Assembly (NCBI GenBank): GCA_002633005.1
Contig: NMRA01000210.1
Span: forward strand, 580,178 to 644,177
From: Phoronis australis
Taxonomy: Eukaryota > Animalia > Phoronida
Length of the DNA stretch: 64,000 bases
Direction: 5' to 3'
The position numbers were made by a program, and so were the translations under genes. Each line of letters opens with the position of its first letter. Position 1 is the first letter of the stretch. Below, in pieces: positions 51,457 through 64,000 of the stretch. Under the pieces are notes generated by a model. That model had not been told where the DNA came from. It did no database searches and worked only from the letters and a program-made list of their open reading frames with translations.

Positions 51457-54400
51457 CATACATATATATGGCTTGGACTTGTCAAGCAAACGTATGGAGC
51501 TGAGCTTCGCAACAACACGCTGGCTTCGATTAAAATAGAAATATCTCTCGCACTAACTTCACTCCTGGAGGAGCTCCGGACTATCGAAGACACCCGTGTG
51601 ATCTCATTGGTGCACCTCCTGGTCGCAGAAGAAAGTTTTATTCTTGCATTCTCTGCAAGACCGCCGGCCGACCATCGTCTTCCCACAACCTTGAAGATTG
51701 CAGATTCCTACGTGACAGCGATAACCGTCGCATCACCAGATCACGCCGGGTTACGGACTTTGACGAAGATGACGCTGATCTCGACGACGAACCGTCCACT
51801 GAAGCTGCCGACGCCTCCTGTGGCTTTGTGTCACTTGATACACAATCAGCTCGACTATTATGCAGTCTCCTCTCTTGAAAGCCTTCTTCCCGTGCAAGTC
51901 ACACTAGGCACTTGTGCTACTTCTAACATGGTGTGCGAGTCTGCCGTATCGTTATACGGTATAACTATTTCCCTCTCTTCGCAGATGACCGGCCAGGCCG
52001 GCGGCCTTACGCCCCTTAAGGTTGTTGGCGAGATCCACTGCTGGCTTACCCGTGGCCCTCACAACTTTCGTCTGGATGTTTTGGTGGTTCGACAGCTTGA
52101 TGTTGACATTCTTGCACGAAATCCCATCATCTCCTACAATGACATTACTGTTCGCCCCCGCTATGCGCCAGATCGTAATTTCTGGTTATGATGTCGTTCC
52201 CTACGGTGTCAGTACTCACAGAGAGACCTTACCCACCGCACGACTTACCCAGTCTTTTCTCTTGCGTTGCCCAGAGCGTTCTGTCGTTCTCCGTGGCCAA
52301 TATACCGAACAACCGACCCCGACTGATGCCCCCCCTAGATACCAATTGGGCGCTCGAACCTAGGTTGGATAACCCTCTTAATAAATTACTTGACCCTAAG
52401 CTGGCTTGGTCACGACGACATGAAATCTCCTCAGTCGCCCACACTGTACTTGTAAAGAACGATACTGATTCACCTCTGTTTATTAAACATGGCGAACACA
52501 TCTTCCAGGGGCGACAACTTTAAGACTCGCTACCACTCGCTACCCGCCCCTGTCCCAGGTTCTACTTCATCCACCACTAGCGCCCTGCCTCCAGGCCCCC
52601 GTACTAGAACACCATTTTCTGATTCCATCAGGCTTGACTCTGATTTACTCTTCTCTGACGACATGCGGGCCCGCTTTCAGTCCCTACACGCAGAGTTCGC
52701 TGATTTATTCAACCCTGCCGTTTCTAAGTATAATGGCACTAACGGGAAGACAGAGGCTGTTGTGAATGTTGGACCCACTCTCCCTCCTCAACGGAAAGGC
52801 CGACTTCCCCAATACAACCGCGAGACCCTTGTTGAACTTCAGACATAATTTGATGAGCTCGAGCCCACTGGTGTTTTCTTCAAGCCGGAACAGGTGAATG
52901 CCCATGTAGAATATCTCAACATCTCCTCCCTTATCAAAAAACCAAGCGGCGGTAGTCGGCTTGTTACCTCGTTTGGAGAGGTTGCCCGCTACTGTAAGCC
53001 CCAACCGCCCCTCATTCCCAATGTGAACAGTGTCCTACGCGATAGCGGGATGGAAATATCTAATAATATCTGACCTCTTACAGTCCTTCTACCAGATTCC
53101 TCTCAGCCATTCGTCTATGAAATATTGTAGTGTCGCAACTCCATTTAAAGGCATTCGCGTTTACACTCGATCTACAATGGGGATTCCGGGATCAGAGACT
53201 TGAGGAGCTCATGTCCAGAGTTCTGGGTGATTTCATTCACCAAGGTTGGGGCACCAAAATCGCAGATAATCTGTATGTAGGTGGAAGTTCACCTGACCGG
53301 GTGCTCCAACGTTGGAGACTTGTCCTCCGGGCTCTTCGGCGAAACATCCTGCGTCTGTCCGCCAAGAAAACCGTCATCTGCCCTAAGTCAACCACCGTCC
53401 TTGGTTGGAAATGGTCCCAGGGTTCCTTATGGGCCAGTGATCATAAGGTCTCATCTCTCTCCTCAGTTGAGCCTGCCACAACTGTGTTCGGCGTCAGATC
53501 ATATATTGGTGCTTTGAAGATGCTAAGCCGTGTTCTCCCTAGCTATGTCTCTCTTTGTGACCCGCAAACCTTCCTCCCGTTTAGTAGCGCCAGGACCTCG
53601 CTAAAAAGCAAGACTTCGCGAGATTACGTGAGACGTTGCCGTGTATTTCTAATGATAACACGTGACTTCGACTAGATTTTAGCTAGGTCCTAGCGTTACT
53701 GAACGCACACCTTGTTTTATTTCACTTACTGTCGAAGCAAGACTGTCACTCCAAACGCATACTGATATATCGCTGAGAGGGGTTCCTTTAACTGATCTGC
53801 TGACGTCAGCTGAGGCTGATCCCACTCTGACAACTTCTAAAAGGTGGAGTCTGGTCTCAGAGAAATCTTAGCACTGTCTGACGGGAACTCCTAAGAAGAT
53901 TTGGGAAAATATAGGAGCGCGTAACATTTTCCCAAAGCTTTCGTCATTGCCATAACATTACACAGCTAGATCTTGACTCCAGGGTTGACGACAAGGCCTG
54001 AGGGACTGTTACCAGGTTGTCAATAAGCACGAAGTGGCGTTGTGGAAAGAGGATGTGCGAATGCTCACGTTAGTGGACATTTGCCCGAAACTTTCGACAC
54101 TTGTTTCGCCCGCTTCCGCTGAAGCGTCGCCACTGGTTCGGTCCGCCAACGCCGGCGTCATCAACCATTCCTCTTTGCCCTCTGGCCTCTTAACAATAGT
54201 GCCTTGCTAGTTCCTACACTTTACCATACGTACCATTTTTCTACACTAAAAAACTTTAGTAGACATTATCCGAATGGGAAAAGGTTCCAAAAAGTACAGC
54301 ATCAACATGAAATATCAGCTTTAATTCCGCTGAGACAAAATCTAGGAATTAGCCTACATGTAAGTTTATCCCTTGGCACATGGGTTCAGAGGTTTGCATA

Positions 54401-57400
54401 ACCAATGATTGCTCAGTCATACCGTGATAATAGACGAATTTATTACTGGTTTTAGCCGTGCGTGGTTCATCAACATTCCTGAACGAGCCAGCTTCGACCA
54501 CTCTAGGAATTCCTACAGTCCCTGTCGACTCGACTGTGAACGACATTCTACTAGATCTTCAGGACATTACCATTGACGTGCTGAAGACGTACTGGATACC
54601 CCGCTTCCTGTCCAAACATGGCGCACGAGTTGCCTACGAGGAGTCTAACAGCCTACACTTTGGGGAGCTGAAAGGCATATTGAACATATTTAGTCGAATA
54701 ACCAAGTAAGCATGACGTGGCTTTGAATTGTGGGGGCATGCGGAAGGTTTCACGGTAGAAGCCTATTGCTATCGTGGCAACGGAAACTTTGATAAAACCG
54801 GATAGGTGTATTAGAGGGGGAGAAGGGAGAGGTCTAAGTTTAGGTGATAGAATCAGAATCCAGCATCAGAAATATTTATTGCATGTAGGCCTAGGCCTCA
54901 TAACTAAGTTTACATTACGGCTTTAAAATGATAAAAGTTCAGCTCTTAGCGCCAGGCTTTGTAGTTCAAAAAATCATGGTTTTGAATAACCGTGGGCTTA
55001 GAATGCCTGACAGCGGTTTTGCAACTAAAATATGGAGTAGTGTGACCACGAATTTTAACACAAGCCTCAACATCATTGTAAATATTACGCAATATTTTAT
55101 GCATTTTCCGTGTATACCCTTCGCAAGTAACACAGGAAAAAGGACTGGAAACATCGACGGTGTCAAATGCCTTGATGAAATCAACATATGCACAGTGAAC
55201 TTTTCCTTGTCGTTTTGTTAAATAGTTCTGGCTCAAGCCATGTAGAAAATCAGTCATGATCAACCGCGTGCAGGCGACGAATATCCTGTTGAATTGGTGG
55301 CCCCCGAGACGGACAAACTTTACTCAACATGCGACTAAAATGATAAATCAGGGGGCACCCTTTTAGGAAACGTTGTCTTGGGCCCGAAACCTGCCATACA
55401 TCACTTTACTCTGACGGAAACATAACGTTTTTGACTTTCCATAGAATATCAATGAAAAATCCGTCTTGCAAAAACACGGAGCTCATCTGCGGTCATTGTT
55501 ATTTAGATACAGCAGTTTTGCCATAGTCAGTAACATTGAAGAAATCCGCAATGCCTTGCCAAGAATGTCGGATGAACAAAAGATTCAGTCTTTACCAAAA
55601 CCTGTCAAACGAAGAATCTCTAATCAAGAAAAAATGGGCGTCGACTCCAGTATTTTGGCGGATCAAGTGTCATCGTTTTATTCCACTGGTAAGCGAATAC
55701 AGCAATGCCACATGCACAAGTGAAGGGGCATTGTGTGGTAATTTTAAAGATAACTAAACAACACTGACACATGCTTGCAGGGGAGAGATTCTAGCGCGCT
55801 CGTTCGGCACTGGTACTATATTTGTCAATTTCTGTTCGACGATGTCGAAGAAGTTAAAAACACTTTAAAATTCAGTAAAAATATATATTTTTAAAAATAC
55901 TAATTTCGAGTCTGAAGAGCCCCACCCATGTATTAATGTTCGAGAGCTACTATTTTACCGGATTTAAAAGTGTTTTTATCTGCATCTAGATTGTCGACAC
56001 CACGCTTTATTTATTACATTCGGACTCTAACCTTAGCAGCCTCGTCCCCAAGCCTCAACATGGCGCTGATCGGTTCAGCCATTTGAAGCTTGGTTATGAG
56101 AATTACCCTCTGCGCAATGATTGGCCGCTGCCTTGACGTCATTGAAACAAAGACAGATTATAATTATTTTCACAGGCGTTGTTGCTGCAATTCATAAAGC
56201 AGATGTCATTCTTTTGGTTTTTGTTTGAAATACAGGTTGTTCGCGTACTTATTTTCAATTCTTTTTATCAATATTATCACAGAAATTATTCCGTTTTCTA
56301 ATCAAAATACGTCGTTTTTTCAATAATGTGCTGTAATAGACCGTTGGTTTTCATTTTTATATAAAACTGCAGAAAATTTCAAAGTTATATTGCTCGGGAT
56401 ATTCCGGTGATTTCCGTAAAATGTGTCAAAATTAGCCTCAAATGGCTAAATCGATCAGTACCATCTGCAAGTCTCAATTAAAATCAAAGGTCTTACGCAA
56501 CGATCATTCTCAATCATTTGTTTGCTTTTTGGTGTGCTGTCAACTTTTGTCATCACGGTCGAATCCCGAAGCATTGGACGGCGTACTCCGTTTTGAGAGT
56601 CACATGACGTGCAGTATTGAATCCGTTGGCACATGTGTAATTAGGAATCTCCCCCGGGGTCACGAAAATACTTAAGGAGTTTCTGATTGATAAAATTATA
56701 CGAAAATTGACGAGTATTGTATCGAACGGGCTTGGTTGCTAATTGAATTCTGTACATTGACGCAATTCAGAAACATCTTGCTGAAATAGACGCATTCAGT
56801 GTACATGCGTCTGTTGGAAAACTGAATGTTAGACAGCAGACTTAATTTTCTATGTCTGGTTTTGTTGGGGAGACGAAAATTGGAACGTAACTTTGGCACT
56901 TTATTTCAGATACGGATTAAAATTTAGATATCTATTTTCACTTGGCGAAATGAAATTTCTTTAAAAATTCAATACCTATTGTTTTGGGATAAATGAGACC
57001 AAAGATGGCACTGTGACAGTCATTGTCGTGTCGCAGGGCTGTAGCTCTGCCCGCGGCCCTTTGAGCTGCAGATTGACATTGCCACGCGCTATCTACAGTG
57101 TGTCGTCTGCTTTCCCTACGACTTATCGTTCTCGAGGTATTTGAGCTTTTCCCATAACGTTAATTTCCTCCCATTGATTGATTTCTCTTGCCGTAATTCC
57201 ACCGTCCCGAAACAGGTCTTTCTAAAACTCTGGACGGTGGACAGATCTCGTCAAGCGCTATCAGGTACATGCCATACGTTTTTCGCTTTGACTTGATATT
57301 CTCGAGTTATTCGAGATTTACCGATCAAATGACTTTTTTATTGGCCAATTCTTCGTTACTCTTTTGACGGTCTAATTTACGCTTGCAACATGTCGCATGT

Positions 57401-60400
57401 TTCGTCCGATCGACAAGAAATTAACACACAACACACATCTCGTGAAAAGCTTGATGTTTGCTATTTTGGGGCGAAAAGGAAGGCAAGATGGCGCTGCGGA
57501 GACCAGTTTTCAAATACTCGTTTGCGTCCTTCCCATGGAACTCGAAAGCTCGTCACAAATATCTTTTAAACAATTCCTGACGAAAATACCATCTTGCAAC
57601 GTCTAGTCGAGAGTAATTCACTTTCCCCTGTGAGGAAATTTCAAGAAAAAAATCTTAAAATTCACAATTTTTCAACTACGCGCGAAGGACAAACTCTGTG
57701 GTTACCACAGAGTTTATAATCTCCCTCCCACTTATAAATGCGCTCATAGTCAGTTGCTTGAAGTAATTAGAGGTCACAGGCCACATTTTTCATATAAGGG
57801 TACTGTGCTACGTCTATGTTTTGCCATACCAAATAAGGAGACGTGTTTTGCCTTGTGGGAGAAATATCGCCGTAATGAAAATTGTTTGATATGAACAGAA
57901 ATTAAAACTCTTTACGAACAAACCTTAGAAATACCTGGCGAGGAGGTTGAATTCTATTTCAGTGGCAGAGAACCACTTTCAGTATTGCAACTGAGTTTGT
58001 TTATTGCGCTCCAGGCCTCTTTAAGGGAATCAGCTATGTTGCAAAACACAGATAGACAGAGCAGACGATGATGTTACATGTGGTCTCGAAATATAGCTAA
58101 TGTTGTAACTTGTTTGTCTGTTATATCTCTCGGTGTTTTGTAACATAACTGCACGCTTGGAGATAGGAGATTGTTTAGAGATTACGAGAGAGTCAAAGAA
58201 AAAGTACAGCCTGTTTTTAATCAAGTTTGTGTAAATGAAGGGCTATACTATACTAATGTGTTGGTCTGTATTATTTGGTAAATTTCCGTTACTAGAAGAG
58301 TCTTTGCAGTTTCGTTTGTCTTAACTGACCTTCACATTGTAAACTTTTTGAAGAACATCTCAACAATTTTCCGTGCACATGCCTCACGGGCATTCAGCTA
58401 CTTTTTGTTAATCTTTAGACGTGAGTTTCGTCGAAAGCAAGAAGACACTGTCAACTATCGTCTTGACTCCTGAAATATCTGGAGGTTTGTGGTATTTTCC
58501 TGGCCAGTTGCAGCACTGGTGTTTTCTTTATGTTGCTTCTTTATGTTTGCTTTATTTGTTTGCTTCATATTTTTATAGGAAGTGTACATTTGTTGGATTT
58601 GATTAGGCTTTGAATTTGGCATTGAATTTTGTTCCCATGGCGACATTTCAGAAAAAATGTCAAACAAGATAATAGCTTAAAGTGCAGAAAATCACCATAT
58701 TCGATTGTGGAACGAGATTTGGGAACGAGCACACAGAGATTCCGGAAGCATATATAAAGTAATTTCAGGCGATCGGGTACACGTTGTACCAGACGTACGT
58801 AAGCCAATCGGGTGGGCCCAGTGCACTGATCACCTGGAGCTATGTTAATGCTTTATTAATAAAATCGAGCCGAAGCGCTAGAGACCTCACTCAAGGGTCT
58901 AGCAGTTTTCCCCACTGGGACTCGAACCCACTACCTTGAGTAAAGGAAGCGGCATCTACCACACTAGGCCGCACTGCCTCCTCCTAGAAGCATAACTCGT
59001 GGACACATGACAGCGTTTTCCCGTTCAGTGACTTTACCAGACGGTTCTGAGCGTGTGATGACATCTAGCTTCTTTGTTAACTGCCAAGCACACTCTTTTG
59101 TCTGTTATGGCAACAAGCAGGCCACTTATCTACCAGGCTTATTACAGACCACTTGTGAACACAGTTAAACTCAGTGATTTGTTGTATTCGGAAATAATAG
59201 ATTGTCGTAACTTCGGTTGCAGTTGGGCGATTTTGGCGATTCAAAAACTAAACATGATCACCATTTGACGAAGAGTTCAGAAATGTTATTAGTTTATGTT
59301 CAAATATGTTGTAATTTAACTTTTATTTTTAACAGCACAGCCCACTCAGGGTAGATACGATCTTATTGGAGATTAGAGCAATTATCGAAAAAAGAGAACT
59401 GGCCCTCCAACCATAAATGTCAGAATAGAGTTAATCAGTGGAGTAAGATATTGCCTACAGGGGTAAACTTCCCAACTTGTTGTTGGGCTATAGAATCGAA
59501 CAAGTTGGGAGCAACGGGAAAACGCCGTAATGAGCTAATTGACTTATCGCCAGAATTTTGAGTTACAGCTTTACTGACCAATCAGAATGCAGCATTATTG
59601 ACGCACCTTCGTTTCCAAGCCGCCATTTTACCCGACAAACAACATGTTGCCGGGTAAAACCTATTGTTTGTTGGTCGACATTTTGCAAGGGGGGGAGCTT
59701 GCGGTAGGTTAATTAGTCACTGGCTTACTGTTTCGAGCGACTTAGTGGTGCGAACGACCAACAATGGACGCCTTAAACTTTTCTTTGTCTGTGTGTGGTT
59801 GATGAAACGTTGCTATAACTATTTTAGCTTTTTTCAAACCGACTAATATTTTGACAGTAGGGATGTCATGCTCTGTGTCTGTAGCATTGCGACAACACGG
59901 GTTGATTCCAAAAGCAAAGACTTTTTCGCCTCACAAGGCGTGGCTGTAATCAGGTCAACGCCATCGCCTTGACCGTGAATTTAAGTTCGAATAACTTTCA
60001 ACACCGCAAAGTACCTATTTACGACTGAAATTAGTGATTGGTGGATTTTTTAGATGGCCCAGACGAAAAGAACGCAGGTGATGCTAGAAAGCGAACTGGT
60101 TCACCCTTGACCTCTCCACCAAACAAAGGGTCCCGGTTAGCTCCTCAATGTTTTGCAGACCACAATGTCCGAACACAAGGACACTTTTCGGATATGACAG
60201 TGGTGGTGGAACGTGACCCCATCCGCATACCCAAGTTTTCAGACGAGTTTAAGAGAGCGCATAAACTGATGGAAGAACTTCAACTGTCTCTACGTGTCGT
60301 TCCGTCGCCAATACCGAAAACGTCACTAAGCAATGTCAAACACAAGGATTTGCCGTACAATGACTGTAAAACAGTTGATAATCATTTCAAGCAGTATTGG

Positions 60401-63400
60401 GACGGACCGAAGCTTGAAGGCAATGTAGTGGGTAGAACGGAAGTTATTGAAAAAGTTGATGAATTTAGACTGAAGCAAAAGTTATTTCGACAATCCATCT
60501 GTGCTGATTTATTTGCCGGTGGGCCATTAACAAACTTTGTGTCAAAAGGAGATGTAAAACCAATACTAGGCAATTACCTAAGTTTTAGTCAAGATCTCAT
60601 TTCGTACATAGCAACGAGTTACTGGATAACTGACGATGGAGTATGTTCTCAGATTCTTTTAAGAAGAGGCTTGCGAATCGTTGGCAAATACTTATCAAAT
60701 GAAACCCACAAAATGCACATTGCGATGCCACAGAGAACAAGTACCTTGCTCACATCTATTTTAAAGACTGTCACGCCATCTGACGAAGAAACGTTGCTAC
60801 TGAAGTTGGCCCAAGACATGGTTTGCCAGGTAAGCACATGGAGTCAATGTAGTAATTCTTTGAAATGCCGGTACTGTGACCACTCAAAGCTAAATCGTGC
60901 TGTATAAATCCACCTTCTGTGAAATAATATTCTTTTGATTTAGGTCACTTTATTGTTCCCAACTGACTGTTCTCATCTCGTTTCTTTCCCAGTGTACCGG
61001 TACGTATAGCTGCTGGCTAGGGAAGGTGAGGGTAGGGTTTCCTAGAGGCAATAATCTCTTTAAGGGAGCTAGTGTGATCACGTGATTACCATGTAATACA
61101 TGGCGATATTTCGCGAAGTCTTGAGTGTACTTGCATTTTCTCAAGATTCTCGCCTTTACGAAACGCACGCCTGATTGCCAGTACGTAACCCACCGGGTCA
61201 AGGCAACGTATTGAGCAGTTAAACAAACTATCAGGTCTTCACAAGCCAGAAGTTTCTTCTAATCTGAGCAAGGACGCCATTATTAAAATAAATGGACTAA
61301 ACTAAAGGTTAAATTTTTGTAGATGAGCTTATGAAATCTTTAAAAAGCTTAACGACAGTTGGGTGGTGCTTAGACCTCGTCTAGCTACAAACGTCGAGAT
61401 CTAATTCAAACTCGTTACTGTGCCTAGCCTTAACAAATGCAATTGTTGGTACTTTAGCCACGGTCAACCAACTGACTGGCATAGAGTAGTTGCAAACTTA
61501 CCCTCTGACACAGCACCATCTACACTGAAAATGGCCCCGGGGAAACATGATGAACTCCGACAAACGGAATTCTGTGTTTGGGCATCAGTATGCATGCCTT
61601 AATTGATCGGATGTTTACAGATCAGTCGCCACCACTTGCACACGCCTTTATGCACTGTACTTGTTTGGGCTTAAGCCACTGGATCGGGGTTCCTTGATTT
61701 TGTTTACTTAAATTGCAACTATTCAAGACAAAGGTCGTTGTCGTTGCAAAAGTAAAATGAAAGGGGTTTTCCAGATTTCAACCAATGGGAATGGCTGAAT
61801 GTTATGGCGTCGGTTTCATTACTTTAAAGTCCTTCTTGCAAACTGCCCATGTGGTTCCAGTATCCGAAAATACTTACTACAAAGATTCTTATTTTCGACA
61901 CCCTTTCTTTATATTCTTTTAGCCTTTCTTGCCAAGAGCGATTTTTTAACAGTATTTGACCCTTCTCTCTGAGCGTATGATTACCGGTTGTCATCGGTTA
62001 TTTCCGTACCCGCATTTCCGGCTCATCAGTTCAGGAACTTGTCCTGAACGCCGCCATTTTTTCCTTGTAACTGAATGTGCTATGGCTTGCTCGAAAAGTC
62101 TTCATTATTTTGTTTTATTAGTAATATATCGTGATTCGTTTGCATATGTAGTGTATTTATAGTTTGTAGTTAGTGGTCGTTGATTTTTTTCAAATGTTAC
62201 GCGTACTTAGTATGTTAAAATAGCATTGGTGTTTAGTTCCTTACGTAGGCGGGTCGAACCTAGGAACCAATATGGGTCGAACCAATTTTTTTTGGGTTTT
62301 ATTTTTTTCCTCGTTTTGAAAAAGTACTTTGCTATCATCGGAAAGGTAGTACATTCTACTCAGTAAAAATCGAAAAAGTATCAAAATCGGGGCAAGCACT
62401 GTAAAGTTATTGCAAGTTTTGTGGCGAAATTTGGGTCACTTTGTTTGGATCGCGTCGGCCATATTGGAGGACAGCGGGATGAGTTACGAGTTTAAAACTT
62501 TGTGTAAATTGTTTTCGCCAACAAATTACGGTGAAATTTAGTTAGACATATCTTTACTTACTATTCTGCACGATTTAGCAGTGTTCACCAAATTTCAGCC
62601 TCGCAGTTGTTACTCATTAAGTGATAAATGTGCTCACAATTCCCGTTGGACTTCGTCTCATTTCTGGCGGCACCTACAATGTCGACTTTTGCTGAACTGA
62701 AAGGCATGTTCAATCGGCTACTTTGTAATTTGTGAAGATTTAACGTTGATACATTTTGACAAACGTTGCTACAAAAAAGAAACTTTGTTCAATTTTCGTG
62801 TTTTTTGTGTTTGTGGCCAGCGACCAGTTAGGCCTAAGGGTAGTCTTGGCGCAAAGCTGTCTAGGCCTACTAACAAGCTGTATTTTGACTATAGTCTTCA
62901 CTGGTAGCTGGTGACTGAGGCTAACTAAGGTCTGCCGCGGCAGTGTGACACAGGACTAACCAGCCCGTAATTTCATGCAAGTGTCTGAAACTACCCTTGA
63001 ATATATGCAGCATTTATCATTTGACCATTTTTACTTCGACAAAACAGCTTGCAACCGCATGCATTTACCGTTCGCTAGTGTCTGGTCTCGATCCGCACCG
63101 GGTCCGATAGGCTGCGGTCCCGAGTCTGGCAAAATAGTTCACTGTCAAAATTTATTCGCCACATTTCTTCAGCAAATTCCATAAAATTGTCCGTAGTTTG
63201 ATTTTATCAAACTTAAGGCGCGCTGTCGATTTTTTTTATCCCCGTTTGCTGGCTGGTAACAGTACAGGCACTGCTCCAGCAGTCGCACTGACGGCGTTTT
63301 TTCGGCCTGGGTTCCTGAATGAATTGTACTTCCGGGTTCGCGGCAAGTTCAAAATGGCGGTGTTTCTTCGGGTGCGAATCGTGAGTGGCGCGTTCATTTA

Positions 63401-64000
63401 AACTGTTTTCGAGTACGGATCATGTATTAGTTATGGGATAGGTACTTCTTGGATCCTTATAACATCTTCTAACCATGTAATAAGGGTTAACAACGCGTGA
63501 GAAGGACTTTAACTAATGATAAGCCATATTAAACAACATTTCACAGTGCTACCTTTGTAGCGTAGTTACAAACTATGTTTTGAGAACTTTAAAGATCGAC
63601 TTCTTAACGTTTAGCTAATGCTTTACAGCCTCTTCGTAAAACGTGGAAGAACTATCTGTTGTTTGACAAACAAATGTTTCGCGTACTTGTGGTAAGCGAA
63701 CTTTGTACTTTGAATTAAATTTCTTTCAATAAATCTTATTTTAACCCACCTGTGCCCGAATTCTAGTTACTGACGTATAAAATAATAATCCCAGTCTTAT
63801 CTGTGGTTCCTGCTGTTTTCTGTTAGTCCATTTTGCAGTTTATGCAGTCTTATTTCTGTCTACGACTGTTTGCCTATCGTTCCACCACGGCCTTATCTAG
63901 TTTGATGACGACAGCTACTCACTGATAAGCCAATGTTAGTGTGAGCTGCTGTTGTTTTTTCAGATATTGAACTTAAAATGTTCCATTGGCTTTACGACTT
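41106..64000 (+). CDS. RGSL1: RGSL1/RGS22-like multi-RGS-domain protein, 5' part (continues past window end)
   Basis: Phase-compatible GT-AG exons 41106-41118 (MFEK), 44271-44356 ([18 protein letters not shown]), 46653-46730 ([15 protein letters not shown]), 48183-48315 ([26 protein letters not shown]), 49554-50063 ([29 protein letters not shown]-like), 54456-54705 ([10 protein letters not shown]), 55507-55688, 60054-60829 ([12 protein letters not shown]), 63629-63691, and possibly 63964 onward. The N-terminus matches the RGSL1/RGS22 pattern F(A/V)D(F/Y)FNxFLSLP. RGSL1 versus RGS22 is by recall only. Confidence 0.72.
42600..42715 (+). repeat. (GT)n/(GTGC) microsatellite followed by a HINE-like core motif
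   Basis: GCGTGTGTGTGCGTGTGTGTGTGCGTGTGTGTGTGT at 42602-42637, then CCTTCATGAAATCTTGAGCACA. Confidence 0.45.
42975..43126 (+). mobile_element. ~150 bp MITE (GTTCAGTA.CGCTAGGACCT TIR), copy 1
   Basis: TIR GTTCAGTAGACGCTAGGACCT / AGGTCCTAACGTTACTGAAC; the reverse-complement copy is at 53575-53711. Confidence 0.7.
43290..43760. repeat. Degenerate (TATTC)n low-complexity tract
   Basis: Recurrent TATTCTATTC and TTCTAATCTA units; very T-rich. Confidence 0.5.
44711..44915 (+). mobile_element. hAT-like MITE remnant (CAGTGGCGTAGCTAGG start)
   Basis: CAGTGGCGTAGC terminus and repeated TTTTGT(G/A)CCGCCCC subterminal motifs; right TIR not found. Confidence 0.45.
46759..47254. mobile_element. Kolobok-like non-autonomous element (TTAA TSD)
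   Basis: TTAA|AGAGGCACGGAACGC ... GCATTCCAGGCCTCC|TTAA. The right end (TTTCAGTGGCAGAG.ACCACTTT...CCAGGCCTC.TTAA) recurs at 57957-58024. Confidence 0.6.
48555..48793. repeat. MITE-like element with imperfect long TIR
   Basis: TAGCCGCGCCC...TAAACCTCACTCACGCACC versus GGTGCGTTAGTCGAGTTTAGGGGCGCGGGTA. Confidence 0.45.
50900..53570 (+). mobile_element. Degenerate Ty3/Gypsy gag-protease-RT relic in an RGSL1-like intron
   Basis: Gag-like ([33 protein letters not shown]), degenerate protease ([12 protein letters not shown], cf. LDTGA), and RT pieces [53 protein letters not shown]. Many stops and frameshifts; truncated by a MITE. Confidence 0.85.
51408..51469. repeat. (CA)n/(CACG)n/(TA)n compound microsatellite inside the Gypsy gag relic
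   Basis: ACACACACACGCACGCACGCACGCACGCACGCACACACACACACACATACATATATAT. Confidence 0.85.
53575..53711 (-). mobile_element. MITE copy 2 (reverse complement of 42975-43126)
   Basis: AGGACCTCGCTAAAAAGCAAGACTTCGCGAGATTACGTGAGA is the exact reverse complement of 43065-43106. Confidence 0.75.
54970..55265 (-). mobile_element. LINE RT fragment (CR1/L2/RTE-X type)
   Basis: [18 protein letters not shown]...LLAKGIHGK...[14 protein letters not shown]...ILSPRLF, spread over shifted frames. Confidence 0.75.
55856..55978. repeat. Foldback MITE-like palindrome
   Basis: AAAAACACTTTAAAATTCAGTAAAA versus TTTTACCGGATTTAAAAGTGTTTTT. Confidence 0.5.
57950..58024. mobile_element. Right end of a second Kolobok-like copy
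   Basis: TTTCAGTGGCAGAGAACCACTTT...GCGCTCCAGGCCTCT|TTAA, homologous to 47191-47258; left end not located. Confidence 0.5.
58660..58984 (-). mobile_element. tRNA-derived SINE (better-preserved copy)
   Basis: Minus strand GGAGGAGGCAGTGCGGCCTAGTGTGG (A-box-like) ... GGTTCGAGTCCC (B box); body shared with 10402-10620. Confidence 0.7.

Noticed and set aside
51400-52191. 263-aa ORF read as a functional nested gene
   Set aside because: Mosaic of microsatellite, gag frame and shifted frames of a dead Gypsy element; catalytic Asp of the protease is lost.
59336-59445. Extra RGSL1-like exon after acceptor TTTTAACAG
   Set aside because: In-frame stops in every tested frame before the GTAAGA donor; exon 55688 already joins 60054 in phase.
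62240-63460. Possible DNA transposon remnant (GGGTCGAACC repeats, CpG-rich)
   Set aside because: Could not define matching termini or a TSD by eye; left unannotated.

Overview
Intron-rich, AT-rich animal (probably marine invertebrate) nuclear DNA; most ORF-track entries are spurious. Four spliced genes were assembled by hand from splice sites and frame continuity: KIF22/Kid kinesin-10 (+, 16 exons, 376-18036), CHCHD2/10 (-, 4 exons, 24789-21051, GC-AG first intron), CHEK2 (+, 12 exons, 24974-36567, head-to-head with CHCHD2, 184 bp between ATGs), and the 5' part of an RGSL1/RGS22-like gene (+, from 41106, running off the window). Introns hold many mobile elements: a non-autonomous LTR element (TRIM) with tRNA-like Pol III boxes in its LTRs and a tRNA-Ser-type PBS, a triple nest (Harbinger-like MITE > CAGGG-TIR MITE > Helentron-type HINE), P-like and Kolobok-like elements with THAP remnants, L1/Tx1, CR1/L2-type and Gypsy relics, a tRNA-derived SINE pair and many foldback MITEs. 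I found no clearly new biological system. The tRNA-LTR TRIM, the nested elements and the compact CHCHD2/CHEK2 promoter are the best leads. All family calls come from motif recognition by eye, not database searches.
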